Shown here: in pieces, positions 48,319 through 61,390 of the stretch
Position numbering within the stretch: the stretch's first letter is position 1
How the letters are laid out: every line of letters starts with the position of its first letter
Assembly: GCA_028534125.1 (NCBI GenBank)
Contig: CM052839.1
Span: 8,618,001 to 8,682,000 of the forward strand
Source: Lama glama
Taxonomy: Eukaryota
Direction of reading: 5' to 3'
Length of the DNA: 64,000 nt
Notes under the pieces: model-generated
Told to the model about the DNA's origin: nothing
Databases searched by the model: none
The model's input: only the letters and a program-made list of their open reading frames with translations
Position numbers and translations under genes: made by a program

Positions 48319-51300
48319 TAAAATTCTTATTTATAAAACACTGGGCTTCAGATGTTCCATCATCATTCGAAGCTGATCATGATGGAGAAGCAGCAGTTGC
48401 CTTCCACCCAGGAATCTTCTTTTCAGGGATTCTGTTGTTCTGTTTCTAGCTCTCCCAAGTTATACGGCCTAGTGGGAAGTTTGCACATAGCAGAAAACTC
48501 TGAGCTCTCCTCCTGTCTCCTCCAGTGGGAGATCCTGTCCCTCGTTTCTCGTGTCACACCACCCCTCTCGCTAAGGCCAGTCCTGGCCAGCAGCGCTGCA
48601 GCGTGTCCTGGGACCAGACCCTGTTCCCCGGGGGCTCAGCCACGTGATCTTCGTCAGTTGCTTCACCTGTCAGATGGAGAAAGTAAGACTGGCGACAGCA
48701 AATGGTGGCAAATTAAATAAACACAACACCCTGGAGTGACTGCCAAGCTCAGAATGGATAATATAGGTGACGTACGAAGTGCAGTGTTTGTTTCAGAATC
48801 AATCCTAGTGTTTTATCTTTACGAGAATGTTTTCGAGGTGGGTCATCTGACCTTCTCGTCTTCCGTCTCACTGCGGTGACATCCCTGAAGCTCCCTCGGA
48901 AACCTGAAACATCCTTCCCCCATCTTTCCCCCAGGTTTTCATGCTCTCCTCTTTCAAAGCAGTCCCTAAAACCCCAGGCCTCCTGTGACGCCCTCCTGCA
49001 CTGAGCGGTGGCCACTGTTCTGGGTGAAGGTCCCGCGGTCTCTCCCTGGGTTTGAGCCTGGCTCCGGGACTCACCAGCTCTGGGACCTTAGGTGCCCCTG
49101 TATTCTGTTTCCTGCCTGGAAACCGGGGGGATGAATGATACCTACCCAACGGTGGGAGACCTATGGGGATTGAATGAGTTGAAACATGCAGAGCCGCTGG
49201 AAGCGTGCCTGTCATTCAGCAGGGGCTCACTGGTCCTTGTCACCTTTCCTCTTCCGTCCTGTAGACCTGGAGGCCCGTGGCTACCGTCCCCTAGCAGTTA
49301 TTAGTGATTTGACTCAACTCAGTAACATTGGCGAATTGAATTTAAATTCGCTTAGCCCACCAGTTCCCACCATGAAAGCTGTTAGACATTCATCTTGGGT
49401 TCCATTTTCTGTTGGATTACTTTAATCTGTATTGAAAATCGTCTCTAAAGAGTCTGCTTGCTGGCCGGGTGTAAGGCCAGGGACTTGGGGAGAGGGCCAG
49501 GGGCGTGACCTCTGAACACCACTATATCCGCGGATTTGGGGCCTAGGAATGAAGGAGCAAATTCTCGAAAAAGAGCCAGAGGACGGCGGGTGTGGGGAAG
49601 CTTTGTTGGCTCAGAAGGAAATTCTGTCTTTTCCAGACCAACTTGAGGGAGTGAAGAGGAGGGTTTTGCCAGCCCCGGGCAGCTGAAGCCAACAGTGAAA
49701 GCTGGGCTCCGGAGGGGTCCAGGGCCCCCAGTTGAGAAGGGGGAGGCTTTTTAGTCAGAGGTGGGAGGAGGAAGCTTCCTCCTGGAGGCCCCAGAACAAA
49801 GTGTGCAGGGGATTAGCCCTTCGCAGGTAGCTGGAGAAATATATGAGTGCTCGCTCTCTGTTCTGTTGGCTGTGTGATTAGCCTTCTGAAGTCTGTGTTG
49901 TGTTACGAGAGAGACAAGTTTAATAAATAGATTCTATTTTCGTCCAGAGCCAGGCTTGGACAGCCTTCTAAACCTCTACACCAGGAAGCCTCTTGGTCCC
50001 GTGTGCCTTCTTACTGTCTCTTCCACCACACGGTGGCGACACACCTAAGCTGCAGGGGTGGGTCTCCAGAGCCACCGAGCACCGAAGGCCCACCGATTGG
50101 CACTACGGTTGAGAGTGTGGCACTGACTCTCAAGGTGCCTGTGCTCACACCCTTATAGGAGCCATATTCCGTGTCCATGTATTTGTGTGACGTTTTCCTT
50201 TGACCGCGTAAAGGAATTGCCCAGTGGTCAGGGACAGCATCCGTCCACCGCTGGCCGGGTCCTGGACCTCTTAGACTCACACTGCCTCTGCCCCCAGTTC
50301 TGATGGCTCATTCCCGAATCCTGGTTCCGGTCTGGTTAGCTGGCAGTATCCAACGCTCAGGAACCCAGAAACGTACGAGAAAAACAACCCTGCTTCCCTA
50401 GTTCAACCAAGGCAAGGCTGGAGGAGTTCAGAAAGAACTTTTCCTTGGAAACAATAGCAAAATACACACAGCAGCACAAGTAGATGGACAAGTTCAAGGA
50501 GACTGGCCTGCGGACCAAGACAGAAGGATACTGCAGAAAACAGCCAGCCATGAAGACTGGCTGCAGACTCGCCAAAGCCTGGTTTCTTCCGCAGCTTGGA
50601 ATCTAAGAATCCCGTAGAGCAAACTTGAGCAAAGAAAGCCCAACTTCTCTCCCACGGATAGATTTTATCTGCAATTTGTAACGTCTGTGTTCCAAAGAAG
50701 AAGTGGGGTAGCTTACAATAAAATGGGCTGTGTGTGTGTAAAATCTCAAAGCTGCTAAAGAAGAAATAAAAACTGTTTGAATGTGGACGAGAACGTAAAT
50801 AGAGTATATCAGATGGGTAAACTAATACGATGTTGGAGCCTCAAGTTTAGCACCAAGGAGAATTCTGGGAAACCAGCACAGAAAGGGACATGGGATGGGA
50901 GACACAAAGGTACTCTCTAACAGAAAAGAAACATACGTTTTCCAAGAAAGGCAAGCTTTCTCCTGGTACTGAATATTATATCACAGTAACCGAAGCATCT
51001 AATTCAACAGTGATTTTGTAAAATGCACAGAAACTCTGCCACTTGGTTGATACCAATGTTTGTTTGGTTTGGTACCACATTTAGATCTGACAAAATCCTC
51101 CTGCTTCCCGGAATTTGTTGCCATGCACACCGCGTTTTGCCACATCTCCTTCTGGAAGCTGACCTTAGGAACAGTGGGGAACCCCTCCCAGTCCTCCCCA
51201 GCAGCAGACACGAGAGAGGAGTAAGCCTCCTGGGGACCAGTCAGCACAGACTGGTAAGAAGGGTGCGTCCTCTGAGCTGGCCCCCATCTCCACTCTCCCA

Positions 51301-51393
51301 AATGGGAGCTCTTGGTAGCATGATCAAGGCCTTTACCCACAAGTATATGTTGGACAGATGGGAGGTGATTAATTTGAGTTGAAATATGGAGAA

Positions 51394-51445
51394 CTATATC
51401 TATATCTATATTTATATTTATATCTGTATCTGTATCTGTATCTAT
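51394..51445. repeat. Degenerate hexamer repeat (TATATC/TATATT/TGTATC)n
   Basis: Read directly from the sequence. Confidence 0.85.
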
Positions 51446-52779
51446 GGCCTGGGTTGTGAAGAGTGCCCATCAGCCAGAGATCCAGGATCCTAGAACAGAG
51501 TTTCCATGACAGTTCCTCCGGGTACAGTGGCAAGATGCGATTTGAGATTTTTCTCCCTTTGGGAAGGAGGTGATTGTCGTTTTGGTTGCACTTGGGGGAG
51601 TTGCATTAGGACACGTGCATTGTTAGATTAGTGCAGTTTCTCACCTGCGTGTGGACCTGCGTGCACAGGCTCACATGTGCTGGCTGGGCAGCCGGGGGAG
51701 GTGCTCATGGACTTGTGTTTCTCTTCTCTCTCTTGAACCCAATACCTGCTTATTGCCTGTGGTTCAGACGCAGGGGACATACACCCCCATCCTGCCCTCG
51801 ATCCCCAGGCCAAGCCACTGTAGCAGGCATTTAACACAGACTCCGGCCTGGTGATGAGTCAGAGTGACCCCTAGGCATAGTTCACAGGGACAAATAGTAG
51901 CACAGGATCCATTTCAAAGCAGGAAACAGAAAACAACTTACCCGCTCTGCCTGCTTCCAGCTCTTCAGAGGAAGGTACTTTGAGCTCTCTCACCCATGTC
52001 TTCGGGGTTTTATTTCTTATTTCCAAATAATATGCTCCTACTAATATGACTCGATTTGACCACAGTTTTGAATGCTATCTGTTCACTTCCTGCTGCGGAA
52101 GGCAATGCACTTACACCTCTCCCTCTACGCCACCAATAGAGTTAAATCACAGTTGTTAAATAATTATTTAGCATTATCACTTAAACTGTATCAGTATTTT
52201 GAGCTGAGCCATGTAGCTTACTACAATTAGATTTCCTTTCTTATACACTATTTTGTTTTTCCTAAACTTATTGTCATTTTCCCCCCTTTGCTTATCATAA
52301 TTCTTGCCTTGAATGACTTCAGAGCTAAGAAATTCCCATGGATGTGATGGAAAGCACATCAAATGGTCTCTTTAATATTTCCCTCTATTCCAACCCAGAT
52401 GGGCAGCTTCTCCAAGCCTCTAGGTGCCTCGGCTGCCCGGGGCTTCCCTTCACTGTCTTGAGACTTTTCATCACCTCTTTCTTCCGTTGGAGCCCCTTTC
52501 CTGGGACTCACGCCTTCTTTCTCGATTTGCCTCCTCACTGTGACGGAACACGTCCCCCCTGGCTTTCTGAGAAAGAGTAACTGAGAAGTGAACATCTTGA
52601 GATGAGATACTGCGTGTCTGGACATACCTTCCCCCCTCGCAGTGGAGTGATAGGCAGCGTGTAGACAACCTGAGGTCAGAAACAACCCAGAGTTTTGAAG
52701 GCATTTTTCGTCGTCTCCTAGCTTTCCTTGTTGATGCTGGGAAGTCCGGGCCATTTTGGTTCCTGAACTTTGTTATATA

Positions 52780-54470
52780 TCTTATTTTGCTTTTGAGAGC
52801 TTCCCTTTGGCCTCAGTCATCTGGATTTCACACAGAAGGCCTTCTAGTAATCTCTCTCCTCACCCTTTACTATTGTGTTGGGTACTTGGTGGGCCTTTCA
52901 GTCCTGGTCATCTTCCCTTAAACCTTTGGCAATTACCCCTGGTTTCTCTTTTTGTTCCTTCAGGTTTATTCACTGGACACTGGGCTTTCTGGTTTAGTCC
53001 TCATGTCCTTGTTATTTTTCTCTCCTGTTTTTCCTGTTTTGGCCTTTTGTTCATTTGGAGGACATTTCTTCCATTGCAACTTCAAATCCTGTTGTATTTC
53101 TTTATTGCTGCTGTCTTATTTTTAGACTCTCAAGTTTTTTGATTTTTTAACTGTCACTTCTGTTCTGGTTTCACAGCTACATAACATTTTCTCTCCCTGA
53201 GCATGTTAATCATTGTTTCTTTGAACCTTTCTCCTGTTTCTTGCATTATATCTTTTTAGTGAATTCTTTTTTTTTTTTTTTTTTTTGCTTTTTTTTGGAG
53301 AGGGGATGGTAGGGATGACTTGGGCACTTTTTTCTTTTTTCTCTGGTCATATTATCGTTGAAGAATGAAGCACTTAAGAGACATCCGGAAGTTGTGTGGG
53401 CAGGGGCAGCGGGGGTGTTGCGTTGTAGGTTTTCTGGGTGGTTATCAGATAGGGAAGGACTTAGTCATTTTATTGGGGACCCAAAATGTTAGCGTCTGTA
53501 GGTCTTTTTGCTTAGTCCCTTTCTGCTGAGAGGGGCCGTGTGGCCTCCTGCCTGGTGAATAGAGGCTTGGCAGTTAGAGTCTGGGCGCCCATTATGGGGA
53601 GGGGGCAGCGAACTCACTGTTCCATATGAAAATTTGTATTTAATCTCCCATTTTCACACTAATGAACTCATCTACAAAACAGAAACAGACTCGCAGACAT
53701 AGTAAACAATGTTACGGTTACTGGAGGAAAAGGGGTGGGATGGGATAAATTTGGGAGTTTGAGATTTGCAAATGATAACCACTATATATATAAATAGATA
53801 AAAAACACATTTCTTCAGTATAGCGCAGGGAACTATATTCAGTATCTTATAACAACCTTTAATGAAAAAGAATATGAAAACAAAGGTATGTATGTATGTG
53901 CATGACTGGGACATTTACGCTGCACACCAGGAATTGACACACTGTAACTGACTATACTTCAGGTTTTTTTTTTAAATCTATTTTCGGCCTCTCACCTTAT
54001 CTGTTTCTTTTTCTGCACCTGTTGCCCCCATTGTCAGAACTCCTCTGGTCCAGTTCCTCTGTTGAACCTCTTTCCTAAGAGGATAGGACAGAGGTAGTTG
54101 GGCTGGGTGTGTGCAGTGATGGAGGAGATCTGTAACTGGTCCTCATACAGTGTCTAACCAGTCCCCCAGTCTTAGCTCTGCCTCTGGAAGTACCTGGTGC
54201 CTCCCATCCCGGAGCCTTGCCTGGGACCTAGCGTAACAGCCAGCATCCTCCTTTGAATCCCACCCCCTCAACCCCTACTCAGTGGTTTGTCTCCTCTCCT
54301 ACTCTGAGCCATTTATCACTCATCCACATGCTCTCTGGCTTCCAACACTGTATTGACATGTCCGACTGGATATCATTCTGTCCCGTATGCTTTTGGTTTA
54401 TTGGTTAATACCATTTCTCCCCTTCGAGGTGGAGTCAGGGAGGGGGGCAGAGATAACCAAGGGTGCTCAG
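52780..54470 (-). mobile_element. Old L1 5'/ORF1 region antisense, interrupted by a young L1 3' end
   Basis: T-rich L1-like sequence such as 'tttattgctgctgtcttatttttagactctcaag' on both sides of the insertion. Confidence 0.55.
53658..53961 (+). mobile_element. Young lineage-specific L1 3' end (camelid/artiodactyl type)
   Basis: 'taatgaactcatctacaaaacagaaacagactcgcagacatagtaaacaa...gggataaatttgggagtttgagatttgc...gcagggaactatattcag...tgtaactgactatacttca'. Confidence 0.9.
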
Positions 54471-54539
54471 TCTGCTGTGTTTGACGGAACCAGTGTGTGA
54501 CATACATCCCCCCTCCAGCCTTCATCACACGGGGTAGGT

Positions 54540-54690
54540 GGTGGTATTCCCGTACTGCAGATAAGGAATGCCGCCTCCCCCAGGCAAAGGGCCTTTGTCA
54601 AGGTCAGGTAGCTGACCAACAGCAGAGCCAAGATTTGAACCCAGATGTGTCTCCGAAACTCATACTCTTTTACCCAGATCACACTTCTCC
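54540..54690 (-). mobile_element. MIR fragment
   Basis: 'tgcagataaggaa...gtcaaggtcaggtagct...cagagccaagatttgaacccag'. Confidence 0.7.
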
Positions 54691-56129
54691 TGATGCTGTG
54701 GGATCACTCAGGGATTCCTTCTCACCACACTGAACAGTATTAATCAGGAAGGAGCACACACCACTCACCATCCCAAGGCTCCGTGTAGTTCGACTAACAG
54801 GGGTTTTTTTTTTTTAATCTTTCCTTTGTTTCCTGAAGCAGTTATTTCTCTATTTCATCTAACGACTCAGCCTCTGCAGCTGCTGCGGACAGCTTAGAGT
54901 TGTCTGAAGGCTGAAGACGAGAACCAAGCCGTGGGCTTACAAGCCATCAAACTTGAAAGATGTACTGAGGTGAAACACCACTGCAGAGCCTCCCCGCCAA
55001 ACCTTTTTTTTAAGTGCTTTCTTCTTTCCAAAATGAAAAAGAACCACTTGTACTATACAGGCATAAAAAAAATCTCCAGCTCACACACATAAAAATCCCC
55101 AGCTCTGGTGGTGGTGAAGATTTTTTGGTAACTGCCCACCCCACCCCAGCGTAGCAGACAGTGTATTCTTCCGAAGCCAAAATAATTGTGTGTTGTGCGT
55201 TGAGATTTAGAGTCAGAGATCAGTGCATGTGTGTGGGTCGGCACATGTTGCCTTTTCCCCCCTCTCTTTTGGATAAGAATCCTGTCCTAACAGTTAAATA
55301 ACTTTGTTTTCATACCGAATATTTAAGTTGCAAACTGGAGCCACGTGAGCAGAGGTTTGAAATCAAGACAGCTGAACTGCCGGGGTCCTTTTGAAGTTCA
55401 GCCGTTTGGATGAAACGTAGACTGACTTCACGGGGAGGCGTTCAAGTGGAGTTTTTCATCCCCTGTATGATCTTGCCCGATTTCTTTTTTCCTAGCCTGA
55501 CCAAGCCTGGTATTTCCCTTGGCATTCTCAGAGAGGTCCGTATAGTTCTTGGCAAGTGTGAGGTGCAGTAATACGGGGCTTCCAGAAGAAGTCCATTGCG
55601 ACTTTTCAGTATAGAGTAAATTAGTCACTTTCAAAGGGAAAATGTGAAGGTATTGTTTGGGTTTAAATGATTTGTTTTTCTCAGCACAAATGCCCTAGCA
55701 ACTGAACGTGAAGACAGGTTTATTTCAGCAGAATTTGTAGTAAACAGTGTGTTCGTTTATGACCCAGCGATGGTACATGTAATAGTCTCATTCATGATTT
55801 TCGGGCATGATATAACCAGGCCACGACCTTTCCAAGACATGTTTTGCCACTTTGTCTGTTTCCCTAGGGTGACTGCTGTTCCAGGTGCCAGGGCTGCGCC
55901 AGCGGGCATCCTAGACCCGTCCTGTATAGGGACAGGTGGGCACTTTGTCGCCCGTAGGGCTTTGGGCTGAGCCCTGGCTCCTGGAGGCAGGGCTTTGAGA
56001 AGGGCCCCATCCCGGGCAGATCGGGAGCTGCAGGAAGCAATCCAGGCTTGGGTGGACCGAGATGTCCCTGATGCTCCTCTTTGAATCACGACTTTGGCTT
56101 CTTCTGACTCTGGTTGTTTTATGTCTAAC

Positions 56130-56470
56130 ATCTGCAGAGTCGATGTGTGGACCAGATCTTTCCTGAGGCACGCGTTAAAAATGCAGATTGCCAGTCCAAC
56201 CCTAGGCTCTACTGAACCTGGCTGTTCAGACCCTGGGGCCCGGAATCCTGCTTTTCCCTCCACGCATTCGTAGGCAAATCTCCAGGGCCGTGAGTTCCAA
56301 ATTTAAGGATCAGTTATAAGGATCACATGATGTTCTTACTAAAAACACAAATTCCTGGGAACCACTGAATCAGGGTCTCAAGGGGGCAGGGCCTGGGACA
56401 CGGGGAGAGTGGGACCTTGTATTCCAGAAAACTTTGGCTCCTAAGGCCAAGGTTGCGTACTGGAAACCAT
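56130..56470. mobile_element. MER5A/MER5-like MITEs
   Basis: 'gttaaaaatgcagattgcc...ctactgaacc...ggggcccggaatcctgctttt' and a second copy 'aaaaacacaaattcctggg...actgaatcag'. Confidence 0.75.
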
Positions 56471-58859
56471 CAGAGGAGAGAAACCAGCCCCATCCATGCC
56501 TCTGAAAGACTTAGCACCTGTTAATTAGAACAGAAAACTAGCGAGAGGCTGGGGGGAACCGGGGTCTTTGGGCCCCAAGGCAGGTCACAGCAGAAATTTT
56601 CCTAAGTTACTTTTTCCCATTTACCTGGTCCATTTCTCAAAAGTTTTGAAGCTTTCTGATCCTGCTAAGTTGAAGTCAAGATATAAACTCAGTCCTTATT
56701 CTGCTGCTTAAAAGATTAGAGCCAACTTTAAATTCATTTTCTTCCCCCTAATTGTTTCATAAAGCACACATCATTTGCCTTGACTTTTCAAAAGCTGGTC
56801 ACTTTGTGTGCTTTTAAAGAAGAAAGATTTTACACACCTGTCATTTCTTGTATCTTCTGAAGTGTTTTGCTTCATCTGCATGTAAACTGTGAGGCTCTGA
56901 AGTCCAGAAAGCATGTATTGTTTCTGTGGCCCCCGGGTGCAGGTCGGTGCCTGGCATGTGAAATGAATGCTGTATGGATGGGAAGAATATGTTTTATTTT
57001 CCTAAGTTTCTTTTCTTTAGTTAAGACTATCACCGTTAAACATAACCTATTGGGGGGGGGGTTTGGCCTTACATCTGGTTGATTATTTGGTTTATTGATT
57101 TGAAGATTTATGGAAGGCAAAAGGCTGAATTTTCTTAAAAAAAAAAAAAAGTAAAACTGAAAGACAAAACACAATTGTACATACCTGTAAAGAGATGTCC
57201 AGATCCCCTGTATCCTGCTCAGGAAATTTCATTGCATAAATGGGTTACTATTAGTTGATGGAAAAATTAAGTTAGCTGGAATCCCCAACTCACCAATCAT
57301 GCCAGTTAACCGAGGTATTAGTGTCCTGTTTAAACTCTCAGACCTATTAAATTAAATGGCCGTGACGTGAAACCTCAGAAAAGTCTTATTGTTGTCCAGA
57401 AAGATTGTGTACAGGTGTTGGCTGGCCTGCTTTAGAATAAGAAAAGGCTCCAGTATTCTCAAAAAATCATTTCCTCTCCTGAGGAAATGACCTGTAGTAA
57501 AACAGCCTTTCCAGGACGGCGATCGCTGGCCTTGAGCTTCAAAGAAAAATCCTTGAGTATTCTTCAAGTTATAGTTTCCATCAGACTTTCTGACTGGATG
57601 ATGATAATGCTGTGTTTGATTAATAAAGTAATCCCAGGAAATAAAAGGAGCTGTAATCCCTGCAGACAGAAGTTGTGGGAAACATTTAGTTGCTCAAGAG
57701 CATTATTTTTCATGGGAAAAGATGCAAAAGTTTCAGCTTAGGAAATGAAAAACGTACCTTCTGTCCACTGCGAAAGTTCTGCTCTCCACGCTGGCCTGAG
57801 GAGTACTTTTCTTGAGTTGACATTTTGACCCCATGCAATGAAAACACTGAGAATTCCGTTTCAAACACAGAAGGTTAATTATTTATAGAAAGGGGAAAAA
57901 AGAAAAAAAAAACCTCCTTTGTTGAAGAAAAATAATTCCTAATTATCCACAACTTTTTGTCAGAGTAAGATACCATTTGACTGCAAAGGGTTCGGAAGGT
58001 CCTATGGGCTGTTGTGTGAGCTTCTTAAAATACATTCTCTCATTTGCTGATCCCCTGGGGTCACGTTCAGCCTGGGGCTCTGTGAACCCCATTTTTCTGA
58101 TGGAGGAGACCTGTCCGACTCCCTGGACTGCCTCAGCCGCTGGCGCCCCGACCAGGTTCTGTACCAAGCACGTGAGCTTCAGCCTCTGCCGGGTGGGGTC
58201 TTGGGTACCCATTACATACAGGCGGTTCTTCTGTCTGGGTCAAGGCAGAAAACTTCACCCCCGAGAAGCTCCTCTCTCATTTCATGTTTTCACATCGCGG
58301 GTCAGGGCCATGTGGCAAAGGGTTTGAAGTTAAGAGAACAGACACCTGGAGACACCGTCTCATTAGTAAAAAGGAGAGCTTCCCGTGACATGCCTTCCCT
58401 TTGGAAACTTCCTTACTAGACTTTAAGACAGTATAACGTCTGAAGGAGGAGGGTGAGTGCCCTGTGCCCTACAGGATGTCAAAGGGGAGGGAGCAGAGTA
58501 AGAAAGTATTGAGTGCCAAGCAGAATATCCTCAAATGTACAAAAGCACAAAATGAGTGGCTGGGAGTCTCGGGTCAGAGGGGAGAGGGTGGGGAGGTGTG
58601 GAGGCACTTCCCTTCTGACGGGGGAGAGGGGGGGAGCCCAGGCCCCCCCCCACCGGTGCTAGACCTGCACCTGAGCCTTTGAGCACTTTTACAGTCGCTC
58701 CAACAGATAGGATCTGCTTCATATTTAGGATACTTGAAGTCGATTAGGTCTGCCCTCCACCAAAATAGGAAAATTTCCCCAATGGCTTGCCAGCCCAACA
58801 GCACGTTTTCTGTAATCCCAGTGGAAGAAAAGCAAATCTGGTGCTGTCAAAACTTGCTC

Positions 58860-59250
58860 GAAATCCTACCCAAGATGTCCCAAACCCGGCTCATCTTCTC
58901 CAGCCCGGCTCTCCCTTCCCTAGTTTGTTTTGATGAGCGAGACCACCAACCACTCCGTTTTTCCGAGCCAAACGCTCTGGAGTTGATCCTGGCTCCTCCT
59001 GTCTCGCTCAGCCCCCACCTCCACTTGATGGGGTTCCCTGTGGACCCCCCCTCCTCGACATCTATGGAGAAGCCGTCTGCGGTGCCTCCGGATGCCCGCT
59101 GTCTTCTGGATGACTCCCTAACCCACCTCCTCGTCTCCGGTCCTGCTCCCTCTCAGCCCATCTTCCACACTGATGCCGGGGGGAGCTTTGAGAAGACGTG
59201 GGTTTACTTCCATCAACCCTTCCTTCCCATCCTCCACCTTGTCTCTCCAC
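58860..59250 (+). mobile_element. L2 fragment
   Basis: 'gatgtcccaaacccggctcatcttctcc...ctggagttgatcctggctcctc...cccatcttccacactgatgcc'. Confidence 0.6.
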
Positions 59251-60329
59251 CGAGACCTCTCAGAGACCCACGTTGCCCGGGTTCCTGGTGACAGGGCTCA
59301 GGGCAGCTGGGACCCCCTCTCCTCCTCGCCTCCTGCCCACACCCACAGGCAGCCAGCTCTGCCACAGCAGATGTCCTGTGATGATTGCCGGTTGGTGCCA
59401 TCGCATTAATTTCCTTAAGCAGAGTTCATTTGCTTCACTTCTCTAAGCCCTGATTTCCTTACCTGCAAAGTAGAGGTAGTCCTGGTTGCCTCACAGTAAT
59501 TTGGCAGGTGTTCCCAAAACAGCCGTTGCTACCTCCATTATAACTGAATTAAGTGTTTATATTGATTTGGAGAGACTGGACATACAAACAGGATAGGAAT
59601 CTTCCCGTCCAGGCATTTTTTACTCAAATTTTCCTTTATGTCCCTCAATATTGTGGAATTCCAAAACAGCAATCCTGTCCATTATTTTTAATTACTTTGT
59701 CCTCTGTTTATTACTTTAGTTATTAATCGGCTTTTTTCAGTGTGTTTTCTGATGGATTTTGACTGGTTGATAAGAAAGGGTTCATATCCATGTATCTGTT
59801 AACTGGCCTCTTTAGTTCAGACAGGTTTTCTGTTGACTCGTTACTGGCAGGGTAGGCATTCTCATTATCCGCAGGTAACATTTCTGTCTCCTTTAGTTCT
59901 TGAAGGGAAACCAAGGAATAGATGCGGTTAGGCTTTGAAATCATAGTTAAGAAGGGGGCTGACTTGGGCGGCAGAGGGAGACTGGGCACCGGGCCGATCT
60001 GCAGTGGGGAGGACTGGGCGGCCGACGGCGGAAGCCGAGCAGGTGGTTTGCAAGTTGTGTTGCCGGTATCCTCCGGGCTGACTGTACTTGTCTCCGGTCT
60101 TAACGTGGCTGAGAACATCTGACTCTGACCGTTGGTTAGTCAGACCTGGGTCCACATCCAAAGCCCAATGCCGAAGGGCTTTGAAACCTTAGATAAATTG
60201 CTCCACTTCTCGGAGCTTCGGGTTGCATTGTCGTCACGGTAGCAGTATCAGGTTGCAGGGCTGTCACGGGGGTGAGAGGTGACCTACAGGAGACGGGGCG
60301 CACAGCGCCTGGCACACCGCAGAGCCCCG

Positions 60330-61390
60330 GCAGGTGCTTTTGGAGTTGCTGCTGCCGCTCCATCCTCATCAGACAGCGGTCCAGCCGGAGACCTCCCTCC
60401 CGGTCCCCCTGCACCAGCCCCATCCTGCACCTCCCACATCTGTCCTCTCAGCTCCCCTCTGGCCTTCCAGCCTGCAGCCATCACTGCCACCCCCACCAGC
60501 TCCTGTCCTTGAGCTCTGGCTTCATAAGGAGCATCTTGTTTCCGGTCTCCACTCACATCCCTCCACGGCTTATCTAGAACCCCCAGGTTTTCTCCGTTTC
60601 AGAAAATGGCACCGTTGACCCAGTTACTCAGGTAGAAATCTTATTTCCTCTCCTCCTGTCACCACAGCCCCTTTCTTCCCCAGAAGGAAGCCCTGGTGAT
60701 TCTGTTCTGAAATCTCTCTCAGATTCCCCCATCTCTGCTGCCAGCACACCTGCACCGCACCCTCTTGCCCGGATGCCATGGTAATTCTCTCAAAAGGGAC
60801 ATGTTGGCTTTACTTGTCCCTGGGGACTGTTCCCTCCAGTCCAGTCTGCACAAGGTGGCAGAAGTGACTGTCTGACGTTAAGTGAGATTTGGCTACTCTC
60901 TGCTAAAATCCATTGATGGTGTTGCAGTAAAATCCAGCTCCTTGCCGTGGCCTCCACGGCCCTACAGAACTTAGCCCTTGGCTCTGTCACCAGACTCATC
61001 TTTATTTCTTTCCTTCTTGTTGGCCATTCTAGCCACAGTGGCTCTCTTCCCACTCCATGAAATCCCCAAGGACTCTGGGCTCACTGCTTCTTCCTCCAGC
61101 TGGAATGGTCTTTGCCCAGCTTTCCTTGTGACTGAATCTGTAACCTTTAGGCCTCGACTTACTGCCTCCTCAGAAGGAGGTACTCCATTCAAGTGATTCT
61201 TACAGAGCACCTTGTTTGTTTCTCTAGCACTTACCCGTGATTTGTAATGATCTCTGTGTGATTATTTGGATCTGTCTGCCCCATTGGCATGTAAATTCCT
61301 TGGGCCGAGGTGTCTGGTCCATCTTGACCATCGTTGTATTCCCAGCACCTGACGTGGTACCCAGTCCAGAGTAGGTTAGTGATGGATGGA
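60330..61390 (+). mobile_element. L2 3' region
   Basis: 'taaaatccagctccttgccgtggcctccacggccct...ctagccacagtggc...gtaaattccttgggccgagg...ttgtattcccagcacctg...gatggatgga'. Confidence 0.8.

Noticed and set aside
58420-58452. Plus-strand 33-nt exon-like segment
   Set aside because: All three frames contain stops.
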